Assembly: GCA_002269645.1 (NCBI GenBank) | Contig: NIVC01003887.1 | Coordinates: 1-64,000 of the forward strand | Origin: Macrostomum lignano | Lineage: Eukaryota | Direction: 5' to 3' | Length of the DNA stretch: 64,000 bases | In this document: positions 24,401 to 37,800 of the stretch, piece by piece | Layout of the letters: each line of letters starts with the position of its first letter | Numbering within the stretch: position 1 is the stretch's first letter | Position numbers and translations under genes: made by a program | Notes under the pieces: model-generated | Databases searched by the model: none | Seen by the model: only the letters and a program-made list of their open reading frames with translations | What the model was told of the DNA's origin: nothing

Positions 24401-25518
24401 CACACACAGCTACAGCACACAGCTAAGGAACACACAGCTACAGCACACACCTACAGCACACAGCTACAGCACACATAGCTACAGAACACACAGCTACAGC
24501 ACACACAGCTACAGCACACAGCTACAGCACACAGCTACAGCATGCAAATTATCCCTCATTGCCTCAATTCGCATCCCTTCAGACCCGAAGGCCCCCTGTT
24601 CCTGGAGCGCTGGGACGCCGTTCGTCTCATCGGCCGTGGAGCCTTCGGCGAAGTTCACGAAGTTCGAACTGACACGGGCGTCACGTGCGCTGCCAAGACT
24701 CTCAGACTGCCTGTGCAGCTCGGTGATGAGCTGCCCTCTGTGAGCACAGAGATCCACAGAGCTGTCGAGAGCGAGAGAAACCTGTGCCGACTGCGGCATC
24801 CCAACATCGTCAGGTTCTTGCACATCGCTCAGCCGGAGCCCGACACAGTCGTTGTGTTCATGGAGCTGCTGGACGGCCGAAGCTTGGAGAGGCTTATCGA
24901 CAACAAGCCGCTGGACGAGCTGACAATTCGAGACTTCAGCGAGCAGGTGAGTATTGTGCATCCTTGATGCTCCTGTTTTATCTTCCCATGAACGATGACT
25001 GCTCACTGACCGACCGCTTGCAGATCTGCCGCGCGCTGCTCTACCTGCACAGCCGGCAGCCGCCCGTGATCCACAGAGACATCAACTGCTCGAACATAAT
25101 CGTTCGTGCTGACAACACGCGAATCAAGCTGATCGACTTCGGCCTGTCAATCAAGCTGGAGCAGTCAGTCAGCCACATATCAGCCTCCACTCAATCACCC
25201 AAAGGCACTCTGAACTTCATGGCGCCAGAGCTGCTCGGAGCGGGAGAGTCGGACAGCGTGCAGTACAGCAGAGAGTCGGACATCTGGGCTTTCGGCTGCT
25301 CGGTCTTCCAGATGGCGTCCGGCGCGAGGTCGTTCGCCAATGTCAGAAGCATGTTACGAATGGCCCAGCTGATTGATAGGAGCGGCGCCCCTGCCCTGCC
25401 GGACGGCCGGTCCGCAAAACTTCAGGATTTCTACAGCCGCTGCACCGCCAAGGACCGCAGGAAGAGAAACTCGGCACAGGAACTGCTGCAGCACGAGTTT
25501 CTGGCTAGTCTGACTTGA
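21480..25518 (+). CDS. Ankyrin-repeat Ser/Thr kinase, paralogue 2 (apparently intact, 685 aa)
   Basis: Exons 21480-21518, 21631-22208, 22753-22807, 22881-23365, 24262-24303, 24583-24946, 25024-25518 sum to 2058 nt with matching phases (0,2,0,2,2,0) and canonical GT-AG. About 7-8 ankyrin repeats in two blocks, then GRGAFG, AAK, HRDINCSN, DFG, APE. Confidence 0.85.
24312..24542. repeat. CTACAGCACA-type minisatellite in intron 5 of paralogue 2
   Basis: Homologous to 6229-6422. Confidence 0.9.
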
Positions 25519-26029
25519 AGCGCTAAGCCGAGATGTTTCTACTTCTTAAACTACTTTGGATCTTAAATCAATATAATTAAAAATGAACCAATAATTTTGA
25601 TTCTGAGTGTCCAGCGTACAATATCTGGGCTTTTTAACTCTTTAAATTCATTGTTATAGTGCCTTAATGGCTTTAAAAGCATGTCTTGGCATTTAAGCTA
25701 GCGGATTGGAAATGGGAAGAAGCTGAAAAATTTTGTAAGAATCGAAAGGAACTGCGCGAAAGCAGAACCCACACAGCATCCACGCTGCGACCACCAGGGT
25801 TTTTTACCCTAATTAGTACCCCATGGGGGGTACTAGTAAACTTATTTAGGATACTATTTTGCCTATTAACACCTCGAAATGGGGTACTACTTTTTCAAGT
25901 TGAAACAAGTTAAGCTTTTCTTTTCTAAATTAGCATTTGATTAAATACTATTCGAATCAGAATATGTACTAGTATACAAGTACATATAGATACTAGTATA
26001 TCAGTAATCAGAGTGTGCACGAGTATTCC

Positions 26030-27062
26030 AGCAGCAACAACACCAAACCAAAATACGCTGTCAGCATAACAGGGCGCGTTTCAGGGCCGAATTCGGTGCG
26101 TCAGCAAGCAGGCAGTCGACGAAACGCCGATTGTGCACCTGCCCCTGCCTGTAAGGTGCCTGCAGCGTCAGCAGCAGCACCTCCTGCACCGGTTGTCGGC
26201 AGTACGTCTCGGCGCGGATGTGTTGGCCTGCAAGCTGGAGTCGCCGACGGCGCAACAGGTCGCTTGGACGGACGAGGCCGGCGCAGTGATACAAAGCCGC
26301 TTTGGTCACTCGCTCGTAGCCCATCTTGAAAGCAGCGCGCAGCAGGTTAGCATGCGCCGCGTTAACTTGTTGCTCGAGCGACTCCATTAGCGTCCAGGTC
26401 TCGGCGTTGTACGGCAGGACGGTCTCGACCACTGTCTGGAACAACGCTGCCCTCTGGCGGTCAGGTAAGGCCTCGGACTGCAGGACTGCCCTCATAGAAC
26501 GAAAGGCAGCCCAGGCAAGCCCGCGGTGACGTCGCAAATCTTTGCGGACGTCAAGAACTAGACCGCTGAGGTTGATGAACTGCTTACAGCGCGGAAGCTT
26601 TGTCGCCTGTCCATCAGCGCCTCGGCACAAAATCGCAGACTCTATGTCATCTGGCATGCAGAGCACGACGGTCTTCTGCACGTTGACCACCAGGCCGACA
26701 CTCGCCGCAACAGCAACTAACCGCCATGATGGCGGTAATCAGCTGCTCTGGCACGTTGTACGCAGGAAACACCTTTGGGAGCACACACATAACGACTAAG
26801 TCGAATGCCTTCTTGAAATCTAGGATATGAATATGACAATCAAAATCGATTGGAGCGTCCTCGCTTCCTCGATGACTCGGCGAAGAGCTATGAAGTAGGA
26901 TCTGCGTCATTGTGCCGCGATGAGGCCGTAAGCCGTTCTGCTCAGGATGCAAGTACGGATCCAGCACCGGCTGCAACCGCGATAGCAACATCCGGTTGAA
27001 CAGCTTTGCAGCGCAGGACTGAAGGCAGACACCTCGATGCTCCTCAAGCCTCGTGGTGCCCA
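26030..27062 (-). mobile_element. 5'-truncated, internally deleted RTE-like LINE reverse transcriptase relic
   Basis: HRGVCLQSCAAKLFNRMLLSRL...EQNGLRPHR, DFKKAFD, GLVVNVQKT, FQTVVETVLPYNAETWTL. The QG and YADD segments are missing. Confidence 0.8.
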
Positions 27063-27075
27063 GCTTTAAGCCCGG

Positions 27076-30000
27076 ATTTTAAGCTACATGATCCTTCACT
27101 TGAACTGCATGGATTTCAAGCTACATGATCCTCTACCTGAACTGCATGGATTTTAAGCTACATGATCCTTCACTTAAACTGCATGGATTTCAAGCTACAT
27201 GATCCTTCACTTGAACTGCATGGATTTCAAGCTACATGATCCTTGACTTGAACTGCATGGATTTTAAGCTACATGATCCTTCACTTGAACTGCATGGATT
27301 TTAAGCTACATGATCCTTCACTTGAACTGCATGGATTTCAAGCTACATGATCCTTCACTTGAACTGCATGGATTTTAAGCTACATGATCCTTCACTTGAA
27401 CTGCATGGATTTCAAGCTACATGATCCTTCACTTGAACTGCATGGATTTTAAGCTACATGATCCTTCACTTGAACTGCATGGATTTTAAGCTACATGATC
27501 CTTCACTTGAACTGAATGGATTTTAAGCTACATGATCCTTTACCTGAACTGCATGGATTTAAAGCTACATGATCCTTCACTTGAACTGCATGGATTTTAA
27601 GCTACATGAACCTTCACTTGAACTGCAAGGATTTTAAGCTACATGATCCTTTACCTGAACTGCATGGATTTAAAGCTACCAGTACATGATCCTTCACTTG
27701 AACTGCATGGATTTTAAGCTACATGATCCTTTACCTGAACTGCATGAATTTTAAGCTACATGATCCTTCACTTGAAGTGCATGGATTTTAAGCTACATGA
27801 TCCTACACTTGAACTGCATGGATTTTAAGCTACATGATCCTTCACTTAAACTGCATGGATTTTAAGCTACATGATCCTTCACTTGAACTGCATGGATTTC
27901 AAGCTACATGATCCTTCACTTGAACTGCATGGATTTCAAGCTACATGATCCTTCACTTGAACTGCATGGATTTTAAGCTACATGATCCTTCACTTGAACT
28001 GCATGGATTTTAAGCTACATGATCCTTTACCTGAACTGCATGGATTTAAAGCTACCAGTACATGATCATTCACTTGAACTGCATGGATTTTAAGCTACAT
28101 GATCCTTTACCTGAACTGCATAGATTTTAAGCTACATGATCCTTCACTTGAACTGCATGGATTTTAAGCTACATGATCCTTCACTTGAACTGCATGGATT
28201 TTAAGCTACATGATCCTTTACCTGAACTGCATGGATTTTAAGCTACATGATCCTTCACTTGAACTGCATGGATTTTAAGCTACATGATCCTTCACTTGAA
28301 CTGCATGGATTTCAAGCTACATGATCCTTCACTTGAACTGCATGGATTTTAAGCTACATGATCCTTTACCTGAACTGCATAGATTTTAAGCTACATGATC
28401 CTTTACCTGAACTGCATGGATTTTAAGCTACATGATCCTTCACTTGAACTGCATGGATTTCAAGCTACATGATCCTTCACTTGAACTGCATGGATTTTAA
28501 GCTACATGATCCTACACTTAAACTGCATGGATTTCAAGCTACATGATCCTTCACTTGAACTGCATGGATTTTAAGCTACATGATCCTTCACTTGAACTGC
28601 ATGGATTTTAAGCTACATGATCCTTTACCTGAACTGCATGGATTTTAAGCTACATGATCCTTCACTTAAACTGCATGGATTTCAAGCTACATGATCCTTC
28701 ACTTGAACTGCATGGATTTTAAGCTACATGATCCTTCACTTGAACTGCATGGATTTTAAGCTACATGATCCTTCACTTGAACTGCATGGATTTCAAGCTA
28801 CATGATCCTTCACTTGAACTGCATGGATTTTAAGCTACATGATCCTTCACTTAAACTGCATGGATTTCAAGCTACATGATCCTTCACTTGAACTGCATGG
28901 ATTTCAAGCTACATGATCCTTGACTTGAACTGCATGGATTTTAAGCTACATGATCCTTCACTTGAACTGCATGGATTTTAAGCTACATGATCCTTCACTT
29001 GAACTGCATGGATTTCAAGCTACATGATCCTTCACTTGAACTGCATGGATTTTAAGCTACATGATCCTTCACTTGAACTGCATGGATTTCAAGCTACATG
29101 ATCCTTCACTTGAACTGCATGGATTTTAAGCTACATGATCCTTCACTTGAACTGCATGGATTTCAAGCTACATGATCCTTCACTTGAACTGCATGGATTT
29201 TAAGCTACATGATCCTTCACTTGAACTGAATGGATTTCAAGCTACATGATCCTTTACCTGAACTGCATGGATTTAAAGCTACATGATCCTTCACTTGAAC
29301 TGCATGGATTTTAAGCTACATGAACCTTCACTTGAACTGCAAGGATTTTAAGCTACATGATCCTTTACCTGAACTGCATGGATTTAAAGCTACCAGTACA
29401 TGATCCTTCACTTGAACTGCATGGATTTTAAGCTACATGATCCTTTACCTGAACTGCATGAATTTTAAGCTACATGATCCTTCACTTGAAGTGCATGGAT
29501 TTTAAGCTACATGATCCTACACTTGAACTGCATGGATTTTAAGCTACATGATCCTTCACTTAAACTGCATGGATTTTAAGCTACATGATCCTTCACTTGA
29601 ACTGCATGGATTTCAAGCTACATGATCCTTCACTTGAACTGCATGGATTTCAAGCTACATTATCCTTCACTTGAACTGCATGGATTTTAAGCTACATGAT
29701 CCTTCACTTGAACTGCATGGATTTTAAGCTACATGATCCTTTACCTGAACTGCATGGATTTAAAGCTACCAGTACATGATCATTCACTTGAACTGCATGG
29801 ATTTTAAGCTACATGATCCTTTACCTGAACTGCATAGATTTTAAGCTACATGATCCTTCACTTGAACTGCATGGATTTTAAGCTACATGATCCTTCACTT
29901 GAACTGCATGGATTTTAAGCTACATGATCCTTTACCTGAACTGCATGGATTTTAAGCTACATGATCCTTCACTTGAACTGCATGGATTTTAAGCTACATG

Positions 30001-33000
30001 ATCCTTCACTTGAACTGCATGGATTTCAAGCTACATGATCCTTCACTTGAACTGCATGGATTTTAAGCTACATGATCCTTTACCTGAACTGCATAGATTT
30101 TAAGCTACATGATCCTTTACCTGAACTGCATGGATTTTAAGCTACATGATCCTTCACTTGAACTGCATGGATTTCAAGCTACATGATCCTTCACTTGAAC
30201 TGCATGGATTTTAAGCTACATGATCCTACACTTAAACTGCATGGATTTCAAGCTACATGATCCTTCACTTGAACTGCATGGATTTTAAGCTACATGATCC
30301 TTCACTTGAACTGCATGGATTTTAAGCTACATGATCCTTTACCTGAACTGCATGGATTTTAAGCTACATGATCCTTCACTTGAACTGCATGGATTTCAAG
30401 CTACATGATCCTTCACTTGAACTGCATGGATTTTAAGCTACATGATCCTTTACTTGAACTGCATGGATTTTAAGCTACATGATCCTTCACTTGAACTGCA
30501 TGGATTTCAAGCTACATGATCCTTCACTTGAACTGCATGGATTTCAAGCTACATGATCCTACACTTAAACTGCATGGATTTAAAGCTACATGATCCTTCA
30601 CTTGAACTGCATGGATTTTAAGCTACATGATCCTACACTTAAACTGCATGGATTTTAAGCTACATGATCCTTCACTTGAACTGCATGGATTTTAAGCTAC
30701 ATGATCCTTTACCTGAACTGCATGGATTTCAAGCTACATGATCCTTCACTTGAACTGCATGGATTTCAAGCTACATGATCCTTCACTTGAACTGCATGGA
30801 TTTCAAGTTACATGATCCTTCACTTGAACTGCATGGATTTCAAGCTACATGATCCTTCACTTGAACTGCATGGATTTTAAGCTACATGATCCTTCACTTG
30901 AACTGCATGAATTTTAAGCTACATGATCCTTTACCTGAACTGCATAGATTTTAAGCTACATGATCCTTTACCTGAACTGCATGGATTTTAAGCTACATGA
31001 TCCTTCACTTGAACTGCATGGATTTCAAGTTACATGATCCTTCACTTGAACTGCATGGATTTCAAGCTACATGATCCTTCACTTGAACTGAATGGATTTT
31101 AAGCTACATGATCCTTCACTTGAACTGCATGGATTTTAAGCTACATGATCCTTTACCTGAACTGCATAGATTTTAAGCTACATGATCCTTTACCTGAACT
31201 GCATGGATTTAAAGCTACCAGTACATGATCCTTCACTTGAACTGCATGGATTTTAAGCTACATGATCCTTTACCTGAACTGCATGAATTTTAAGCTACAT
31301 GATCCTTCACTTGAAGTGCATGGATTTTAAGCTACATGATCCTTCACTTGAACTGCATGGATTTCAAGCTACATGATCCTTCACTTGAACTGCATGGATT
31401 TTAAGCTACATGATCCTACACTTAAACTGCATGGATTTCAAGCTACATGATCCTTCACTTGAACTGCATGGATTTTAAGCTACATGATCCTTCACTTGAA
31501 CTGCATGGATTTTAAGCTACATGATCCTTTACCTGAACTGCATGGATTTTAAGCTACATGATCCTTCACTTAAACTGCATGGATTTCAAGCTACATGATC
31601 CTTCACTTGAACTGCATGGATTTTAAGCTACATGATCCTTCACTTGAACTGCATGGATTTTAAGCTACATGATCCTTCACTTGAACTGCATGGATTTCAA
31701 GCTACATGATCCTTCACTTGAACTGCATGGATTTTAAGCTACATGATCCTACACTTAAACTGCATGGATTTAAAGCTACATGATCCTTCACTTGAACTGC
31801 ATGGATTTTAAGCTACATGATCCTACACTTAAACTGCATGGATTTTAAGCTACATGATCCTTCACTTGAACTGCATGGATTTTAAGCTACATGATCCTTT
31901 ACCTGAACTGCATGGATTTAAAGCTACATGATCCTTCACTTGAACTGCATGGATTTCAAGCTACATGATCCTTCACTTGAACTGCATGGATTTCAAGTTA
32001 CATGATCCTTCACTTGAACTGCATGGATTTCAAGCTACATGATCCTTCACTTGAACTGCATGGATTTTAAGCTACATGATCCTTCACTTGAACTGCATGA
32101 ATTTTAAGCTACATGATCCTACACTTAAACTGCATGGATTACAAGCTACATGATCCTTCACTTGAACTGCATGGATTTTAAGCTACATGATCCTTCACTT
32201 GAACTGCATGGATTTCAAGCTACATGATCCTTCACTTGAACTGCATGGATTTTAAGCTACATGATCCTTCACTTGAACTGCATGGATTTTAAGCTACATG
32301 ATCCTACACTTAAACTGCATGGATTTTAAGCTACATGATCCTTCACTTGAACTGCATGGATTTTAAGCTACATGATCCTTTACCTGAACTGCATGGATTT
32401 TAAGCTACATGATCCTTCACTTGAACTGCATGGATTTCAAGCTACATGATCCTTCACTTGAACTGCATGGATTTCAAGCTACATGATCCTTCACTTGAAC
32501 TGCATGGATTTTAAGCTACATGATCCTTCACTTGAACTGCATGGATTTTAAGCTACATGATCCTTCACTTAAACTGCATGGATTTTAAGCTACATGATCC
32601 TTCACTTGAACTGCATGGATTTCAAGCTACATGATCCTTCACTTGAACTTAATGGATTTTAAGCTACATGATCCTTTACCTGAACTGCATGGATTTAAAG
32701 CTACATGATCCTTCACTTGAACTGCATGGATTTTAAGCTACATGATCCTTCACTTGAACTGCATGGATTTCAAGCTACATGATCCTTTACCTGAACTGCA
32801 TGGATTTTAAGCTACATGATCCTTCACTTGAACTGCATGGATTTTAAGCTACATGATCCTTCACTTGAACTGCATGGATTTTAAGCTACATGATCCTTCA
32901 CTTGAACTGCATGGATTTCAAGCTACATGATCCTTCACTTGAACTGCATGGATTTTAAGCTACATGATCCTTTACCTGAACTGCATGGATTTTAAGCTAC

Positions 33001-33105
33001 ATGATCCTTCACTTGAACTGCATGGATTTTAAGCTACATGATCCTTTACCTGAACTGCATGGATTTTAAGCTACATGATCCTTTACCTGAGCTGCATAGA
33101 TTTCA
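27076..33105. repeat. 37-bp satellite array (about 160 units) with higher-order structure
   Basis: Unit CATGATCCTTCACTTGAACTGCATGGATTT(T/C)AAGCTA, head-to-tail with no spacers. Rare variants recur at a 1714-bp spacing. Confidence 0.98.
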
Positions 33106-34805
33106 GCAGCCACGGTGCCATAAGCGTGCACGCAAATCCATGATTATACATGTAAAATTAGTACTGAATTCCCACACCAATCCTTTATAAATTTACTCTG
33201 CCACGCCGAGGGGCGAGAAGACGGGAGGGCGAAAGGAGGAAGGGAGAAACTCGAGGCAGAGCGCCCACCCTAAGCCTGAGGCGGTCCGAAGCGGCCAGCT
33301 GAGGCGATGAGGTGAAAAGGAGTTGCCAAGAAATTCGGCATTTCATGAGAGCAGAAGGTGGTCAGTACGGAGGCACAATGAGCTGCTCAGAGTCTCTGTA
33401 GTGAGGAGGCTTACAGCTCTAAATGATGCAGTTTGAGACGGTGCTGGAGGGGCGGCTCGAGCTAGGAGAGGGGGGGGGGCAGCCACCCTCACTCTGGGCA
33501 GCGAGGCGCGATCTGTGCGTCCCAAGCAGCCACCGAGTTTCCATTGCCTGCCGATGCTTATTAGCAATGACGCTGCAGAGATGAGCAGCGCACACCTGAG
33601 CTGTCTGAGGCTGCAGTGGCGGCTGCTCCCGAATGAGTTGCAGCCCCAGCCTTGCACAATGGAGACTCTGCATTGTGCTTGAGCACCCTACCTGCCCCCT
33701 CACTGCACCTTCGTTTCTGTGCTCGGAGATGACGGGCGGAGGCAGAGATTGCATTGCAAAGCCAGTTGCACTTTTGCTTCTTTAGCTAAGTGTTTATTGG
33801 GCGGAGTGTGCGGAGTCTGAGCTGGGGTCTGATGGGGAACGGGAAAGCTGAGTGAGGAGCATCTACAGTGAGGAAGCTGGCAGCTCTAAATGATGCAGAA
33901 TGAGATAAAGCTGAGCTCGCAGCCTCCGACAGCAGGCATTTAATTGTTTGTCAAGTTAGCCAAGTCTTCTCAATGAACTGGTTTCAGAGATGTACTTTTA
34001 GACTGAATTCTGTTTTTTTCATATTTAAACTCTCAGTCCCAGTCCAGTAATTAAATTCAGCAGTGTCATCTCAATTTCCTATTTCAGTTGCTAGTTTCAA
34101 TTTAAATTATTTTGTAAATAGAATACTACATATTTTTTAAATTAAAATATTTGCTATTCTCCAGATTCTGAATTCCAGTCCAGCCACAGCTGCCACAGGA
34201 CTCAGAGCACCCCCACCAGTTCTCAGGCCGCCACCGCAAGAAGGGGCTCTGCAAACTCTCAACTCATCATGGCTGGGCGCCGCACCGAGGAAAGAGAGAC
34301 AGAAAGAGATGCAGAGGCTGCACACAGCAGCCCAGCTGCACACAATGGGGCCTCATTAGCTTTGCCTCATTGTCCAAAAACCCCTGCACAAAGTTCACCT
34401 GTTGTGCACCCGCCTCTCCTTGCCGAATGAGCGCAGCATCTCTGCCGCATCAGTTTTACCTTCTACTGCTCAATCTGAGCTTGTACAGATGAAGAAAAAA
34501 TGGAGGCTGGGAGAGGCAGAAAGAAGCTGCTACTGGTACTAATTAAAAAAACCGGTGAGTCGAGTGGAGCTCTTGTTATTGTTTCACAGCACAGCAACTA
34601 AGTGTTATAAAATATGCATCATTATAAGTAGTACTGCAGCCTATACTGCTCAGAGTAGTACACAGCAAAAGAAAGAGGGAAAAATATTTTAGCCAATCCG
34701 CCACAGGCAGCCAAGGCTATAAAATTAGCAACACAGGAGGTCTCTGTCCTGTCAGACACAGAGCTGCTGACACATCTTGCATCAACAAGCAGCCCGCGCT
34801 GTGCC

Positions 34806-37800
34806 ATGTCAAGCTCTTCAGACGATTCAAATTCCACTTGGGAAGACGAAGAAGTAACTGCTGAGTTCCCTGACTATGCGGTAAGTTAAAGCCACAGAAA
34901 TTTACGATTAGTAACTCCGGTAGCTCGTAAATTCAAGTCTACTCAAAATCTTCCATGCTTAGATGTAGGTCACAGGGTGTGTCAATTTCAGCTGCAAGAA
35001 CTCACTCAAATTGAAGTGATCCTACTTCTAGCTTATGCCCAGTTCTATGCTTTAGTCTAATGCGAACATCAGAAGGTTTTTTCTATCTGGAACACACAGC
35101 ACATGCTTGTGTCCCAGTAAAGATCCCAGTGCGTCAAGCGTTAGAACACATCTAACGGTAGCGTTCAGTGAGAAGGAAGCTCTCGCTCCTTTTTCTCTTT
35201 CTGCTACTCCTCCCTTTTCACTCGCTCTCTCCCTCTCGCTCTCCTACTCAAACTTACCTTCTGAACTCCTAGTCTAAAGTAATCTATTCAGACGATATCC
35301 AGAGTAATCATCTCACCCCACCGTAGAATAAAAAGACTGACGAATCGAGCCTAGACTACAATATCTCAGCCTAACTCAGACATCAGCTGAAAACATGTCA
35401 AGATATCGATGTACAAAAAAGTGTGGTTGGCTCTCCTTTTCACTTTAAATTGTTTTATACAATTGCCTGTTTAACGTCTGTTTAAAGCTGTAACGATAAG
35501 AGAAACTATAGAAATATGACATTCATGCTAAGGGTTGAAGATTGAGAGAAACCTATCGAACATTCGACTTAATTAGATGATTAGAAGCATATACGATTAG
35601 ATGTAGACGTACTTAAAAATCTTTGAATGTGCAGCTTGGGTGCCTCAATCGCAGTTGCAGCAACTCACTCAGCCGGACCCCACCAACCGGGCAAGCGTCG
35701 GAGACTCACCAGCCGATCTCCAGACTCTCGCCCACGACGTTATCCGAGGTGACTTCGGACAGGTACGGCGGCTGGCAACGCGCCAGCTGGTCACCAGCGC
35801 TGATGCAGCTCGTCGGACCGTCCTCATGCTGGTGGCCGACGCTCCTGAGACTCCCGTGCACACTGAAAGTGCATCTTGTACTTATTTGAGCTGGGCGCGA
35901 ACCCCAAGGCGGCTGACGCGAACGGCGACACGGCTGCGCACCTGGCAGCCCGTCGGGACCACCTGCGGCTGCTGACACTGCTGTCGTTCGATGCGAAGTG
36001 GCTGCGGAACGACAACGGCGCCACTTCGCTGATGGAGGCGGCGCGGACTGGAAGCTGGAAATGCGCCAAGCACCTGCTGCACCTGCTCAGGCAGCAGAGG
36101 TTTAGTGATTGCTGGAAGCAGGGAAACTCAAAAAGGTTGCAGCTGTTCGGACTGAAGGATCGCGAGGGTCGGACGGCGTCGGACCTGGCGAGGCTCAGCG
36201 GCCACTCAGAGCTGGCCAGCTACATCAAGCGGTAAGTGAGCAGTTCGCTACTGTGTCCGTCAAGTTCTGCTTAATCGTTCAGAAATAGCTCACATTTTCA
36301 TAATCACAATCTTGGCTGTATGAGAGAAGAGAACCAAATTACAGCTTAAAAGTTCATCATGAAACATTTCCCGGAAGGGTTCAATTAGAAAACGCATTTT
36401 ACTTTCCTTTTTGCTGCAGCGAGATGCGCCTGGCTGTGGATGTCGGTGGCAGGATCTCCGGCCTGACAGCCCAGGTGAGCGGCATATTCGGTGCCGATGC
36501 GGCTGCAGCTGAGCAGCTGTGCTCAAATTTCCCGCTCGCCTTTGCAGGAAGAGGCGGATCGACAGGAACTGCAGCGGCTGGTGAGGGCAGGCGACTCGGC
36601 GGGACTGCGGCGAGCGGCGACCCGCGGTAATTCTGATTTGCCCAATGATTGGGGTCAAACCGCATTGATGTGGGCAGCTCAAAACAGCTCGTGCAGTGAT
36701 GAGACTCTGTGGGAGCAGCTGGTACAGCTGGGTGACCCCACCTGTGCGGATATTTTGGCTGAAAATTGCCTGCACCAGGCAGCCAAGGCCGGGAATTCTG
36801 TCGCAGCCTCCGCTCTGCTGGCTGCCGGAGCCTCCGCCAATGCCAGGGAAGGAGCTGAGTTCACACCGCTTATGTGGGCTGCTTTCACGGCACCGCTCCA
36901 CACCGCCGCTGCAGTCGGTCGGGTTCTGCTGGACTCAGGCTCAAATTGGAGTCTCAAGGACTGCTATGGCATGACTGCGTTTGATTTGGCCAGAAAGAAA
37001 GGAAAGAGCGAACTGGCTGAGCTGCTTCGAGGGTGAGTTTTGATGAAAATGTTGTACCAATATCACCAACCGGCATTGCTCAGAATCCCACAGACCAAGA
37101 TAAGAACACTAAGATCATTTCGAAAGCTTGATTGTTCGCAAAACACGATTCAAATTTCTACACGTTTCAGGCTCAAAGACGAGAAATTTTTCGATGAGCC
37201 TCCGTGAGTTTTTTTCAGCGCAGACACATGTATGTAAGCATACTCTTGAACTGCCGAAGAAAGTCTTAACTCAATTCGCATCCCCTCAGACCCGAAGGCC
37301 CACCGTTCCTGGAGCGCTGGGACGCCGTTCGCCTCATCGGCCGCGGAGCCTTCGGCGAAGTTCACGAAGTTCGAACTGACACGGGCGTCACGTGCGCTGC
37401 CAAGACTCTCAGACTGCCTCTGCAGCTCGGTGATGAGCTACCCTCTGTGAGCACAGAGATCCACAGAGCTGTCGAGAGCGAGAGAAACCTGTGTCGACTG
37501 CGGCATCCCAACATCGTCAGGTTCTTGCACATCGCTCAGCCGGAGCCCGACACAGTCGTTGTGTTCATGGAGCTGCTGGACGGCCGAAGCTTGGAGAGGT
37601 TTATCGACAACAAGCCACTGGACGAGCAGATGATTCGAGACTTCAGCGAGCAGGTGACCATTGTGCATCCTTGATGCGGGGAGGGAGCGCCAGTCTCTGC
37701 GGGGGAGGGAGCGAACCTCCTCCCTCGCAGTCTCCTGTTCCATGTTTCCATGAATGATGACTGCTCACTGACCGACCGCTCGCAGATCTGCCGCGCGCTG

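Noticed and set aside
27076-33105. 37-bp repeat as a CRISPR array
   Set aside because: Units are head-to-tail with no unique spacers, there are no cas genes, and the context is eukaryotic.
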